Positions 50,402 to 63,500 of a stretch of 64,000 nucleotides of DNA are shown piece after piece. Each line of letters opens with the position of its first letter. Position 1 is the first letter of the stretch. The notes beneath the pieces were generated by a model that worked only from the letters and a program-made list of their open reading frames with translations, was not told the DNA's origin and searched no databases. This stretch comes from Octopus sinensis (taxonomy: Eukaryota): the NCBI RefSeq assembly GCF_006345805.1, contig NC_043000.1, positions 120,404,001-120,468,000 on the forward strand. Direction: 5' to 3'. Both the position numbers and the translations under genes were made by a program.

Positions 50402-51319
50402 CAGCGTGTCTCAAAAGTAACTGCTGGGTTTTAATTTTTGATAACTCTCTTAACTTTGCAAGTAAATGCATGAAATTTTAAAACGATATATAGGACATAA
50501 CGGGAATTAATATGCATTAGTCAAATTTTGCAACACCACTACATCACATATGAAAAATGGCGTCGTTTAAACGGCAGCTATTTTCGGCTTCGCACGCCCG
50601 TACTCTTTCCAAAATTTGCTCCATAACACAATAACACACTCAAGAGTTTCAGACCCCACTTCTCTGATTTCTCTATTGATGTTCCCTCTTTCAGTTGCAC
50701 CAGGGTCTCCGGATTGTTGACGTAAACCCTCTCTTTCTGGTATCCCTACAAGAAAAAATCCAGGCTAGTCAAGTCTGGGCAACGTGAAGGCCAGTTGACT
50801 TTAGAAGCTTGTTCCGATATCCATTGCAGTATGATATCTAATATTTTATAAGGCCAGTTGACTTTGCCATAGCGGAAGATTATACTCTCTCCAAAGCACT
50901 GCCGCAGAAACTGCCTTGTTTCTCTTGCGGTATGAGTAGTTGCCCTATGCTGCTGGAACCATGTGTGAGGTCTACTTTGATTGGCCTTCACGTTCCCCAG
51001 ACTTGACTAGCACGGATTTTTTCTTCTGGGTTACCTGAAAGAGAGAACATCAATAGAGAAACCAGAAAAGTGGGGTCTGAAACTCTTGAGGATGTTATGG
51101 TGCAAGTTTTGGAAAGAGCACGGGTGTATGAAACAGAAAATGGCTGCCATTTAAGCGATGTCATTTTTCCTATGTGATGTGGTGGTACTACACAATTGAA
51201 TTTATGCATATTAATTTCCATTACGTCCTTTATATTGTATCAAAATTTCATGCATTTATTTATAAATTTAAGGAAGGTATTAAAAATTAAAACCCGTCAG
51301 TTACTTTTGGGACACCCTC
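50402..51319. mobile_element. Foldback Tc1/mariner derivative made of two inverted 3' halves
   Basis: TIRs CAGCGTGTCTCAAAAGTAACTG / CAGTTACTTTTGGGACACCCTC. Transposase motifs WFQQH.AT.HTA and WPSRCPDLTSLDFF on the minus strand; WPSRSPDLTS.DFF on the plus strand. Confidence 0.9.
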
Positions 51320-51343
51320 TATGTATATATAAATATATATATA

Positions 51344-51404
<61 letters not shown>

Positions 51405-51438
51405 GTGTGTGTGTGGTGTGTGCGTGCGCGTGTGTGTG

Positions 51439-51686
51439 TAGGCACGTGGCTTATTGGTTAGGGTGTCAGCATCATGATCGTAAGATTGTGGTTTCGATTC
51501 CTGGACCGAACGACGCGTTGTGTTCTTGAGGAAAACACTTCATTTCACGTTGCTCCTGTCCACTCAGCTGGCAAAAATGAGTAACGCTGCGATGGACTGG
51601 CGCCCCGTCCAGCTAGGGAACACATGCGCCATAGAAACCGGGCAACCGGGCGCATGAGCCTGGCTAGGCTTTAAAAGGGCACATTT
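51439..51686 (+). mobile_element. SINE family D, tail type Z
   Basis: tRNA-like head and GCGATGGACTGGCGCCCCGTCCAG segment. Homolog at 31281. Confidence 0.9.
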
Positions 51687-51688
51687 AT

Positions 51689-51749
<61 letters not shown>

Positions 51750-52048
51750 TTCGATTTGTTTGTACCTAGAAATAAATAAGAACCTTTCAGTGACACAACT
51801 GACTCTTCTTTGTAAGTGCTGCATACAGACTCCTTGAGTGACTTTAAGAGAGATGGAATTTGCTATGCTGAATTTTCCTAAATAGACTGCATGAGAACAA
51901 ATTTATCAAGTGTGCGTTTGCGACCGACTATAAAGGGACTTACGAGAAACATCAACATGAACAATCCGTTGCTATTACGCAAAAGTGTCGTAAGTCCAAA
52001 ACGTTGCTATTTCAGAAAACGAAAAAAAGAAGTTTCACCATTCCATAC

Positions 52049-52337
52049 CAAAATCGTTGTACTGCACTTTGACCATTTTTGATATCTAGGCATATGAAGC
52101 AGCTGAAGATACGATAGTTTGACCAAAAGAACCGGCTATTACAAACAAAAATAAATATTGAAAAATAAACGCATTTGGCCAAATTTGGACAGCAAAACCG
52201 TTGTACTACACTTTGATAGTGCTTAATATTTTGGCATCTGAAGTAACTAGAGCTACAATAATTTGACCAAAAGAACCGGCAATTACAAGTAAAGATAAAT
52301 ATGGAGAAAAAAAAACGCATTTAGTCAAATTTGGACA
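52049..52337. repeat. Two diverged 144-bp tandem units
   Basis: CAAAA(T/C)CGTTGTACT(G/A)CACTTTGA at 52049 and 52193; TTTGACCAAAAGAACCGGC is present in both. Confidence 0.85.
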
Positions 52338-52659
52338 CACGACAGTTTAACATGATTGCAACGAATTGTAGGTTAACTTCACTTTGAAGCCATACATCAC
52401 ATACGTAAATGGATGCTGTTTCAAAATGTATTGCTCGAATGACATCGTTTCGTCTACTTTCATTTCAGTTTTTTAGAAGTAAATGAAAGCAAACAAAATG
52501 ACAGTTAGACGTTCTGTTATTGTTTTTATTATTTCTCTTGAGCCCTAGAACGCATAAAGCCGTGATTCAATTTCCATGATGTATAAGTGACCGGGATAAC
52601 AACAATACTTTCCAGAGGGAGCCAGTCCGTTCCGGGGTGAAAAACCAGTAATTTTTGAG

Positions 52660-52835
52660 GGGACAGAACAAATCAGTTTCATCAATGTCGGTACTTTAAT
52701 GTTCCTAATATTTTATCGATCCCGTTGGGGTGAAAAGCAAAGTTGACCACGGTGGGATTTGAACTCAGAACATAAATATACGGAAGAAATACTCCTAAAT
52801 ATTTTGCCCGACATGGTAACGGTTCTGCCAGTGCT
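52660..52835 (-). mobile_element. Degenerate SINE family B
   Basis: GGGATTTGAACTCAGAAC and head remnant. Confidence 0.75.
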
Positions 52836-53416
52836 TCACTTTATTTTTCATACGGGAGAATAGATTTATCTATTTCATATCATTACTATTGCTCAAATGG
52901 CTTTTCTGATTCAATAACTTTGATACAGGGTCATAATATTAAGAAAAACTTCGTACAATTCAGTTGTATATTTTGGTTACTACATTTATCGACTGTGGAT
53001 AGAGATGAAAAGAATTCTTAACTCAAGCGTAATTCATAAACAGACAATAAAAATTTGAAGAAAAATACTGAGGAATTATCTAGACTAACGCCCGAACATT
53101 TCGGCCTCTCCACACTGGGGTTGATCATATTATCAATTTCAAAATGCACCACAAGGACAGATACTTATAAGAAATGTTTTAAATGATTGAATTGTCTATC
53201 ACCGTTACGTTAATGGCACGTATACATCCAACTATAGAATAGTGATAAACAAAGCTATTCACGGCAGCTTTCAGACTTAAAACATAAACTAGTATCTATA
53301 TATATTGTAAAATGCGAAGGGGAAAAAAAGAAAGGAATAACGTTTCGGATGGAAAAAACTTCATCAGATAGAAAAATGCTGACTGCTTAAGAAATCTGTT
53401 TAGAAGCGGTGTGTGC

Positions 53417-53472
<56 letters not shown>

Positions 53473-53522
53473 TTTCTTTCTTTCTTTCTTTCTTTCTCAC
53501 TCACTCACTTACTCCCTCTCTC

Positions 53523-53553
<31 letters not shown>

Positions 53554-53667
53554 TGTATGTATGTATGTATGTATGTATGCATGTATGTATGTATGTATGT
53601 ATGTATGTATGTATGTATGTAGTATGTATGTATGTATGTATGTGTGTGTATGTATGTGTTTATACAT

Positions 53668-53711
<44 letters not shown>

Positions 53712-53714
53712 TAC

Positions 53715-54455
53715 TTTGTACTTGTTTCAGTCATTTAACAGAGGTCATGCTAAGGTTCCTCTTTAGTCGAACAAATCGACTCCAGGACTTTCTTACAGTG
53801 TGGTATTTATTCTAACGGTCTTTTGCCAAACCGCAAGGTTACAGGAACATAAACACTCCAACACCGGTTGTCAAGTAGTGGTGGGAGACTAAATCACAAA
53901 GACACACACACATACACATCCATATATATGCATATATATGTGTATAATAATAACATTAGGCAGTATACCTCCAAACTTACAGGCAAAATTAAATTTAGTA
54001 TTAAATCAAATTTCACAATATAAATATATAATATATATAATTTAGAGAAAAACCACTATTATACTTTTTGTGATCTAGATATATGTTTTATAATATATTT
54101 TATTTATTTTTTCTATATGATATAATTTACGTCTATCATTGTTTGAATTACATAATAGTGTTTTTCTCTAATTTATATATATATATAAATTAGAGAAAAA
54201 CCACTATTAAGTAATTCAGACAATGATAGACGTAAATCACACCATACGGAAAAATTAAAAATATGATAAAGTATATAATAATAAACAGTATATAATTAAT
54301 AGACTACGTACGTAGTCTATTTATTAATTATATACTGTTTACTTATTATTATGTGCTTTATTGTGATCGAGATAAACATTTTATCATATATTTTATTTTT
54401 TCTATATGGTGTGATTTACGTCTATCATTGTTTGAATACTTAATAGTGTTTCTCT

Positions 54456-54506
<51 letters not shown>

Positions 54507-54670
54507 TACACGCACACGAAAATTCTCTTTCAGTTTCTATTTACCAAATCCACTCATAAGAATTTGGTCGGCCCGAGGTTGTAGTAGAAGACACTTACCC
54601 AAGGTATCACGCAGTGGGACGGAACCCAAAGCTATTTACTTGGGAAGGAGCTTCTTACTACACACCCACG
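53715..54670 (-). mobile_element. SINE family A split by palindromic insertions
   Basis: Tail at 53715-53900, head at 54525-54670. Confidence 0.8.
54040..54458. repeat. Palindromic element (54189-54458) plus an internally deleted tandem copy (54040-54175)
   Basis: Centre TAGACTACGTACGTAGTCTA at 54309/54310; ends ATTAGAGAAA...TTTCTCTAAT. Confidence 0.9.
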
Positions 54671-54714
54671 CCTGTATCACACACACATCTATGTATGTAT
54701 GTATGTAATGTATG

Positions 54715-54745
<31 letters not shown>

Positions 54746-54808
54746 TGGTGGTGTATATATCTATCAATCTATCTATCTAACTATGATTCTGTATATCTAT
54801 CTCTCTAT

Positions 54809-54926
<118 letters not shown>

Positions 54927-54974
54927 GTCTACCTATACACAATTTTTATGGTAATTTTGGTACAAGGCCAAATT

Positions 54975-55593
54975 TTGGTTCAGACCCCCCCACCCTTCCG
55001 TGTTCAACTGGTACTTATTTTATCTTACTCAAAAGAAAAGAAGCAAATCATTTTCGGCGGAATTTGAACTCAGGATGTAGAGACAGACGAAATGCTGCTA
55101 CGCATTTTTCCCGACATGGTAACGATTCTACTTGCTTGCTGCCTTCTTTGGACTTAATATCTGTTTCAAATTTTGGCACAAAGCCAGCATTTTCGGGGTA
55201 GGGATTGAGTCGATTACATCGACCTCAGTACTCAACTGATATACTTATTTTACCGACTCCGAAAGGATATAAAGCGAATTCGATCACGTCGGAATTTGAA
55301 CTCAGAATGTAAAGACTGACACAAATCCACTAAGCATTTTGCCCGGCGCGTTAACGATTCTTATTTCTTTACTGCCCACAAGGGGCTAAACATAGAGAGC
55401 ACAACCAAGGACAGACAAAAGGATTAAGTCGATTACATCGACCCCAGTGCGTAACTGTTACTTAATTTATCGACCCCGAATGGATGAAAGGCAAAGTCGA
55501 CCTCGGCGGAATTTGAACTCAGAACGTAACGGCAGACGAAATACTGCTAAGCATTTCGTCCGGCGCGCTAACGTTTCTGTCAGTTCACCGCCA
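54975..55593 (-). mobile_element. Three adjacent family B SINE copies
   Basis: Three GGAATTTGAACTCAG modules, each with a head. Confidence 0.85.
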
Positions 55594-55630
55594 TCAGTTC
55601 TACTGTAATATCATTTACATTATCATATTT

Positions 55631-55695
55631 CGTCAGACATGACGTCACTCATTCTGCATTAGGTATAAGGGGTCTGTAACTCCAGTCACTTCTGT
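55631..55695 (+). promoter_or_regulatory. Candidate promoter: half-CRE, full CRE, TATA-like box
   Basis: CGTCA at 55631-55635, TGACGTCA at 55640-55647, TATAAG at 55664-55669. Motif match only. Confidence 0.25.
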
Positions 55696-56014
55696 TTGAG
55701 TAGGTTTCTGACACAGAGGACTGCTTCAGTGGTTAAAAAGTTTACCAAAAAGTAAAGCAAAAACCGCCTTCTTTGCTTCAGTAATAGAGGGCACTAGGAT
55801 ACAGGAGTCTATCAAATACGCCTGTTGGTTCCTACTGTGCTTATCTGACAATCGTCCTGCCTTTTACTGTTGTCATTTAGCCTTTATCAGCTTTAATTGA
55901 CCATAACAATGAGCCGCGGCGTTCCAGCTGTGCCTATCATACATCTATGTCTCTTTCAAACTGTCTCTTTTATAAACATAATGTATGTGTTTATCGGGTC
56001 TACTTATCGAATAT

Positions 56015-56180
56015 TAACACATTTTTTTCTCTCCTTGGTTTTTCTGAGTCCCTTTCTGTAGAAGAGCGTAGGCTCGAAACGTAAAAGACTTTTTCTATTC
56101 CTGAGCGTTATACTAATACATCTGTTTGTTTTGTACACCACCTGTCTTCGCCTTTTGTTTTTTTTTCGTAAACTCTCCCT
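56015..56180 (+). mobile_element. Family P1 element, second copy
   Basis: Homologous to 3790-3962; motif at 56052-56087. Confidence 0.7.
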
Positions 56181-57061
56181 ATTAAGCAAATATCACGGAT
56201 ATTTGGCAACCTTTTCCTTTACAACGCATTGTGTAACCATGTGAATTTGAGGCCGAAAATCCTTATTTCAAATATAATATAGAACTAGTTAGAAATTTCT
56301 TCAACACATTTCTTACATTAGTAACTGTTCAGCAATACCCTAAACACTGTCCCCACTGGCCTGAGTTATATACAGTTGTATAGTTTCAGAGACAGAAATT
56401 TAATTACAGCTTCTAATATATATAATACTCGATCATGGTAGCGCCCAGTGTTCCAGTCAGACTATTGAATATTTTCAGATTGTTCTATTTTCTTCTTATT
56501 CATTATATATCTCATGAGACACATCCGATAGAGTAATTTACAGATTTTTCTCTTTCTCTCTGTCCTTCCACTTCTTGTCTTCTCTCAATCTTTCTCTCTC
56601 ACACACACTAACATATCTCTTTCATATATTTCCCTCAGTATTTCATTCTCTTCGTCTCTTATCTCTACTCTCCACCAAACCTGTACACACTCATAAACAC
56701 ACACATATACATATATACATACATACATACATACATACATAAACACATACGCACATACATTCTATTTACGTGTGTTTATATTTCTCTGTGTTTCAGCGGA
56801 AACAATGACTATCACGTGATATGAACAGCTTTGACTTACACAATTCATACATCTAATTACCAGCATGTCTTTAATACTTTATTTATATATCTATTTATTT
56901 ATTGCAAAAAATAGACCGAATGGAAGTCAATGTTGAGGTTGTAATTGTGATTCGATCTCCCTCTAGGCAATTGTGCGTCACGTGTTCATTGAATACATTC
57001 AGAAAGCTATTGATCTCTTCTGATGAAATTAAGTCGTTTCTTTGCCCGCCTCTCCACACAG

Positions 57062-57185
57062 AATAATGGCGCTTTTCATTCACTATTGAAATCTCTCCGC
57101 ATTGGTCAGCACGCCAGAGTAGAATTCTTGCATGCGGTATTATTTAGCAAAGAGTTTTATCCACAGAAACGAACACTACCACCGC
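57062..57185 (+). CDS. Candidate internal exon (phase 0 to 1), product unknown
   Basis: Pyrimidine-rich acceptor ...ctctccacacag, donor GC|GTAAGG, open frame NNGAFHSLLKSLRIGQHARVEFLHAVLFSKEFYPQKRTLPP. Confidence 0.3.
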
Positions 57186-57440
57186 GTAAGGTTAATAATC
57201 TCATAGCATATTGAATTTTTATATGAATATATGCATACATGCATACATACGTACATATATATTTATTTATATATATATATAGATATGCACATAGATATGA
57301 TATACACTACTATAAAAGCATATATATATATATGCATATACATATGTGTAGACATACATAAATGTGTGCATATACATGTGTATATCTATCTATCTACCTC
57401 TATCTATCTATATATCTCACTTTCCTTCTCTCTCTCCCTC

Positions 57441-57489
<49 letters not shown>

Positions 57490-58580
57490 ATATCTATGTA
57501 TGTATGTATGTATGTATGTATGTATGTATGTATGTATGTATCTATCTATCTATCTAACTATCTATCAATCAATCTATCTATCTCTATCAATGAATTCATC
57601 TATCTATATATCTCACTTTCTCCCCCCCCTCTATGTATCTATCTATGTTTCGATACAATTATCTGTTTTTCTAAATATTCAGATATGCATGCTACATAGC
57701 TGTGAATGTATTTATGTATACATTCATTACATGTATATTTGAATACCCGATATATATATATATATATATCGGAAACATTGAGCCCAATATACTTAATCTA
57801 TATACACACATACAAAAAATACACACATACAAATATACATACATATATGCATACATACACACACACACACGCATATATATATAGAGAGAGAAAGAGAGAG
57901 AGAGGGTCATATATGGCTATATCTCTTATGTACGAATGGATATTCAAATATTACACCTTATCTGCATGATTAATATCATAAGGTGGAGCAAATATACACA
58001 CACATACGCACACTTACTCGTCATATACACGCAACACTTTGCCTATATTTGTACACACTTGCATATATTTATATGTATACACAAGCACATATATATATAC
58101 ATGCATATATGTATATATGCATACACCTATATACATACATATACACACATATATATATACATATACCTATATACATACATATATATTTGTTTATATAGAA
58201 ATGACTATTTTATATGTGTGTGTGTGTGTACACGTACGCACACACGTGCGTGCGTGAACATTCACGTACATACGCAAGCACAAATAGACACGCACTCGTA
58301 CACGTACCCCTATATTTTCCTTATACGATTTTATATCTGCATGACTGATGACATAAGGCAAGCAATTTAACAAACATAATTCATACACCAAAAAGGAAAC
58401 AACGTTGCCAAGGTATATTTTTTATTCTTTCTCGACGAATCCTTACTCCAATTGTGTCCCTCTGCCCATATATATCTTCTTTAATCTTCAGTTTATTTCC
58501 CCTGCCTTGGAATTCTCCTACCTTGTCATCAACTCCTTTTTTTTCGTTTTTGTATATCACCAAACTTTCAGCACCCGCCT

Positions 58581-58582
58581 CC

Positions 58583-58638
<56 letters not shown>

Positions 58639-59038
58639 CAACAATATCAATAGTAATAATAATAATAACAATAATAATAGTAATAATAATAATAACAACA
58701 ACAACAACAACAATAATAATAATAATAAATAACAACAATGATAATAGTAATAATAATAACAACAACAACAACAATAATGATAATAATAATAATAATAATA
58801 ATAATGATGATAATAATAATGATAACAATAATAATAGTAATAATAATAATAACAACAACAACAACAACAACAACAACACAACAACAACAACAACAACAAC
58901 AACAACATAATAATAATAATAATAATAATGATAATAATAGCAATAATAATAGTAATAATAATAACAACAACAACAACAATAATAATAATAATAACAACAA
59001 TAATAATAGTAATAATAATAATAATAACAACAACAATA

Positions 59039-59073
<35 letters not shown>

Positions 59074-59200
59074 AATAATAACAATAATATAATAATAATA
59101 ATAACAATAATAATAGAAATAATAATAATAACAACAACAACAACAATAATAATAATAATGATAGTAATAATAATGAGGACGAAGACAAACAACAACAAAT
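58581..59200. repeat. (AAT/AAC)n trinucleotide tract
   Basis: Direct inspection. Confidence 0.97.
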
Positions 59201-59789
59201 GAACAGCAGCAACAAAAAATATGTAACCGTCACCATCAGCGCCATTATGGCCACTACCGAAAGTGAATAGCATTATTCCGTTTTCAATCTGCTCGCTTTT
59301 CATTCGTTGCTAAGCTCTAGGCTCCAATTATATCTATACATATTGACACAGGTTTTAGTATTATTAAACAGGAGATTAGCCTTTTCGGAATTCGCTGATA
59401 AAATCTCACTGAATGCTATTTTGACCCGGTTTCAATAATACCTGCATTGGAAATGCTTGAACCCCGTAATTTTCGATATCGTCTTTGAGATTAATAATTG
59501 GTTTCGTGTATATCTATTTGTATTATTTATATTAACGTCATGGCGAAGGTTGTTGCTAACGGAACGTACATTCTAACCATTTGAATTTCAGTCCAGTCTT
59601 TTGATAATCGATTAAAAGTTCTTTCAGCAACTACACTGACACATTAAATATTCATAACTAATTAAAAACTCATTAAAAGTTTAAGGGGCTCGGGTCCATT
59701 TTAGTAGTTGATGTGACATATACAGCATTATTTCAAGTCATGGGTATAGTGGGCAATTTTCCTGGGGCACAGCAGGGCTGACTGTGCGA

Positions 59790-60185
59790 TATACATGAGG
59801 AATGAGGAATATTTGAAGGCTGATCTGGAACCCAACCTAGGCCCCCATATCTCCGGCGTTCGCCGATGGAATAAGGAGTGGTTGGAGATCACGCGGTCGT
59901 CAGCCTCAAATCGCCAAGCCTGGTCGGCGTTTGTGAGAGATGCAGCATTGAGGATGAATGAAGCCAGCTCAACCGACCCCGGGTGAATGCTGTAAGAAGA
60001 GAAGAAGAAGAAGAAAGAAGAAGAGAAGAAAAGAGAGAAGAAGAAAGAAGAAGAAGAAGAAGAAAAGAAGAAAAAGAAGAGAAAAAGAAGAAGAACAAGA
60101 AGAAGAAAAGAAGAAGAAGGAGAAGAAAGAAGAATAAGAAAGAAGGAGAAGAAGAAAAGAAGAAGAAAAGAAGAAGAAGAAAAAT
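59790..60185 (+). mobile_element. RTE-clade LINE 3' end with (AAG)n tail
   Basis: LKADLEP.LGP...RRWNKEWL....A.NRQAWSAFVRDA...EASST.PG*, followed directly by a GAA/AAG tract. Confidence 0.8.
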
Positions 60186-61779
60186 AATAATAAGAAGAAT
60201 ACAGGAGGGTTACAGGTCCAGTTCTAATCTATGTATGCTGTGGCTTGCTGACAATAAATAAATGATATAGAGCTCAGTGGAATGGTTTAACGAAGAGTTT
60301 ATAATAATGCTAAGACGGCGCTGGGCATATCATAGCTTCTTTCTGTTCACTGATTCTTCCATCCTCAGGGAAAACTCATATGATCGAAGTTTGGTTCTCT
60401 GATTTAGTGTCTAAACCGTTCGAGTTTAAAATCTGCATGAGCAAGGCCTGCTACGCAGACCCGGCTATATCTGGAGAGATAAACCTTGATACAAATCTTA
60501 ACTTATCTCAATCCTCAACGGCGGTGTGTTTTTTTCTTTTCCTGATTCTGGTGGTTGTCAGCGGCATCTTGTGAACGGAAAATTTGTGTTCTGATTCTAA
60601 AAAGAAGGGATGGATATCCGACAATGAACTGTAGCAAAATGTGTGTCTCACCGTTGCAATATATTTGTCCTGTGCCATTAATATTCCCGAAGTGAAGATT
60701 CTAGCTCTGTTCACCACGATCGATCACCTTCTAAAAGAATTCTTGCAAAAGCTTCCCATAGGCTATAATAGGCAACTGATCGAGTTGATAGGCTGCCAGA
60801 GAGCCGAGAGAAGAGTTGCTGTTTTATATCCTGTCATTGTTATCTATAATAAAATTATTTAACATTCATTGTTAGTCTACTTTGCAGACTAACAGTTGTT
60901 TGATTAAGATTGACTTGCCACCTATAGATCTGTACGTCGCATCTTGTCATTCGACCGACTGCTTCCGTGTAATTCTTATTGATGAGAGTTGAACTGTGGC
61001 TACACAACAGCAGCCTTCTGTACATATATATATATTCACACAGAGCACATACACATGTACATACATATATGTACAAATGAAAAAGGTCAACAGGTTTCAC
61101 TCGAGTAAGTTTGTACTAAAAATGACAAAGAATATATATTGAGAACTTTATCGTGGATAACACAAAGAAAGTATTTTAACTTTTTTACAAACAAAATATG
61201 CTGCCGGCATTAGTCTCTAAAACGACGATTAAGTCACGCTGAAATAGAATAGAAATTAATTGAAATAAATTAAATTAATCTTTCTTCATAAGAATTCTAT
61301 AAGATCACGTTTATTTTTTAAAAATAATCCTATAACGTTGAAATTTCACACACACACACACACACACCGCACACACACAGTCTACTTTTCAGCTATATAT
61401 ATATATGTATGTGTGTGTGTGTGTATGTATGTATGCATGTATGTATGTATGTATATGTGTGTGTGTGTGTATACATTTTTAAGATTTAATAAAAAAGTAT
61501 ATTACTCTATCTTCGGTATTCGAGTACTATTTTTACAACTTATTTTGCATTTATGTGCTTACTCGTGTACACACACACACACACACACGCATACATTTGT
61601 ATGAATATGTGCACACACGCACACACACATATATATATATGTATATATATATTATATATATATATATATATATATGCACACACATATATATGTATGTGTG
61701 TATATATATTTATATTTGTGGCTTACCGTAACATGGTCAATGCAGTTATCACTGACAACTACTAAAGCAACATCTATTA

Positions 61780-61912
61780 TTTCAAACAGGTTATCAGGGA
61801 TGATGGTTTACAAAGGCTTACAAAGAATAGGTCCTGGAGTCCATTCGCTCGACTAAAGGCAGTGCTCCATCATGGCCGCAGTCAAATGACTGTAACAAGT
61901 AAAAGAGTCAAA
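61780..61912 (+). mobile_element. SINE family A tail
   Basis: GCTCGACTAAAGGCAGTGCTCCATCATGGCCGCAGTCAAATGACTG. Confidence 0.85.
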
Positions 61913-62954
61913 GAATACGTATACATATACATCCTTGCTAAATTTTAACTTAAGTGACGGTAAGCGTCTCTCTCTGTCAAACACCAGAATGGAAGTGGTA
62001 TCAGATTTTTTGCTGAAGATCATTCGGAAAAATGAAATTTCATGCTGTAATGGGTATGACCTTGAAACATAAAGAAAAAAAAAAAAACCCGAACAACATT
62101 GCACAAATTTAATACCGTTGCAACGACATTCCGTTTTGTAGCTTCAATACCATATCATTATGAATAAGATTTATGAAGGTGAATTTCCTCTCTTCAACAG
62201 CCAAAGAATGAAAGCAATGGAATTAGGATTTTCAATAGGAGGCAAAACGAATTCCAAGTATGATTTCATATCTTTAAAATGCTATATTAAAAAAGAAAAA
62301 CGAAAATGAATAAAATCACTGAAATGATTTTGATAGTGAGCGAACACAGAAATATTTGCTTCTTGGTTTGTTGTAGGCATTTGTTTCTTTTGGCTTTCTA
62401 TCGTTTCACCAGATAATCATTCGTGGTTGCAATAATGGTGTTTCTGTTAGAGGGTGGCACACCATAGATTCTGAGGGAGAGAAAAGTTGATGAAAACATC
62501 ATGAGGTGTTTCACCCACTCTCCTACCGTTTCTGTCACGTCCCTGGTTTGAAATGAAACAATAATTCTTTCTAACATAGGCAAAAATTTACAACATTAGG
62601 GGAGCGGTCATTGAATCTGGACACTTTGGCATAGGGGATAATTCATTCTTCTGGATGACGAATACTATCCCCAATAATTTTTGCCTTTAATACAACCCTA
62701 GTAAAGCCCCCCCCCCACCAAAGGAGAAAAAATGGTTTTCTTTGAAGAAACAATCTTTATTTTCTGAATAGTTAATACATATCTCGTGGAAGATTACTAC
62801 TTCATACATTATGGCATCAAAACAATCCGGATTCAGCTGACGCAGATCGTGGAACTATCTCGATTAATTCCAGCGGACTTCCGAAATGAACCATACTAGG
62901 TCTATAGAAAGAATTTCGCCCGGCGTGCTAACGTTTCTGCCAGCTCAACAGCGA

Positions 62955-63383
62955 CAGTGGTAGTAGTAGTAATAGTAGTAGCAGCAGCAGTAATAGTAGT
63001 AACAGTGGTAGTAGTAGTATTAGTAGCAGCAGTCGTGTAGTTGCAATTGTAGTAGTAGTAGTGACAGTGGTAGCAGTAGTAGTAGTAGTAGTTGCAATAG
63101 TAGTAGTAGTGACAGTGGTATTTGCAATATTAGTAGTAGTAGTGACCGTGGTAGTAGTAGTAGTAGTAGTAGGGACAGTGGTAGCAGTAGTAGTAGTTGC
63201 AATAGTAGTAGTAGTGACAGTGGTATTTGCAATATTAGTAGTAGTAGTGACCGTGGTAGTAGTAGTAGTAGTAGTAGGGACAGTGGTAGCAGTAGTAGTA
63301 GTAGTTGCAATAGTAGTAGTTGTAGTGAGAGTGGTAGCAGTAATAGTAGTGGCAGCAACAGCAGCAGCAGTAGAAGTTGCAAT

Positions 63384-63416
<33 letters not shown>

Positions 63417-63417
63417 T

Positions 63418-63463
<46 letters not shown>

Positions 63464-63500
63464 CAGTAGTAGTAGCAGCAGCAGCAGCATTATTAGTGGT
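62955..63500. repeat. AGT-based minisatellite with higher-order units
   Basis: The block GTGACAGTGGTATTTGCAATATTAGTAGTAGTAGTGACCGTGG occurs twice. Confidence 0.9.

Noticed and set aside
60380-60862. Cluster of 60-73-aa ORFs in moderately GC-rich DNA
   Set aside because: No domain motifs and no consistent splice-phase structure.
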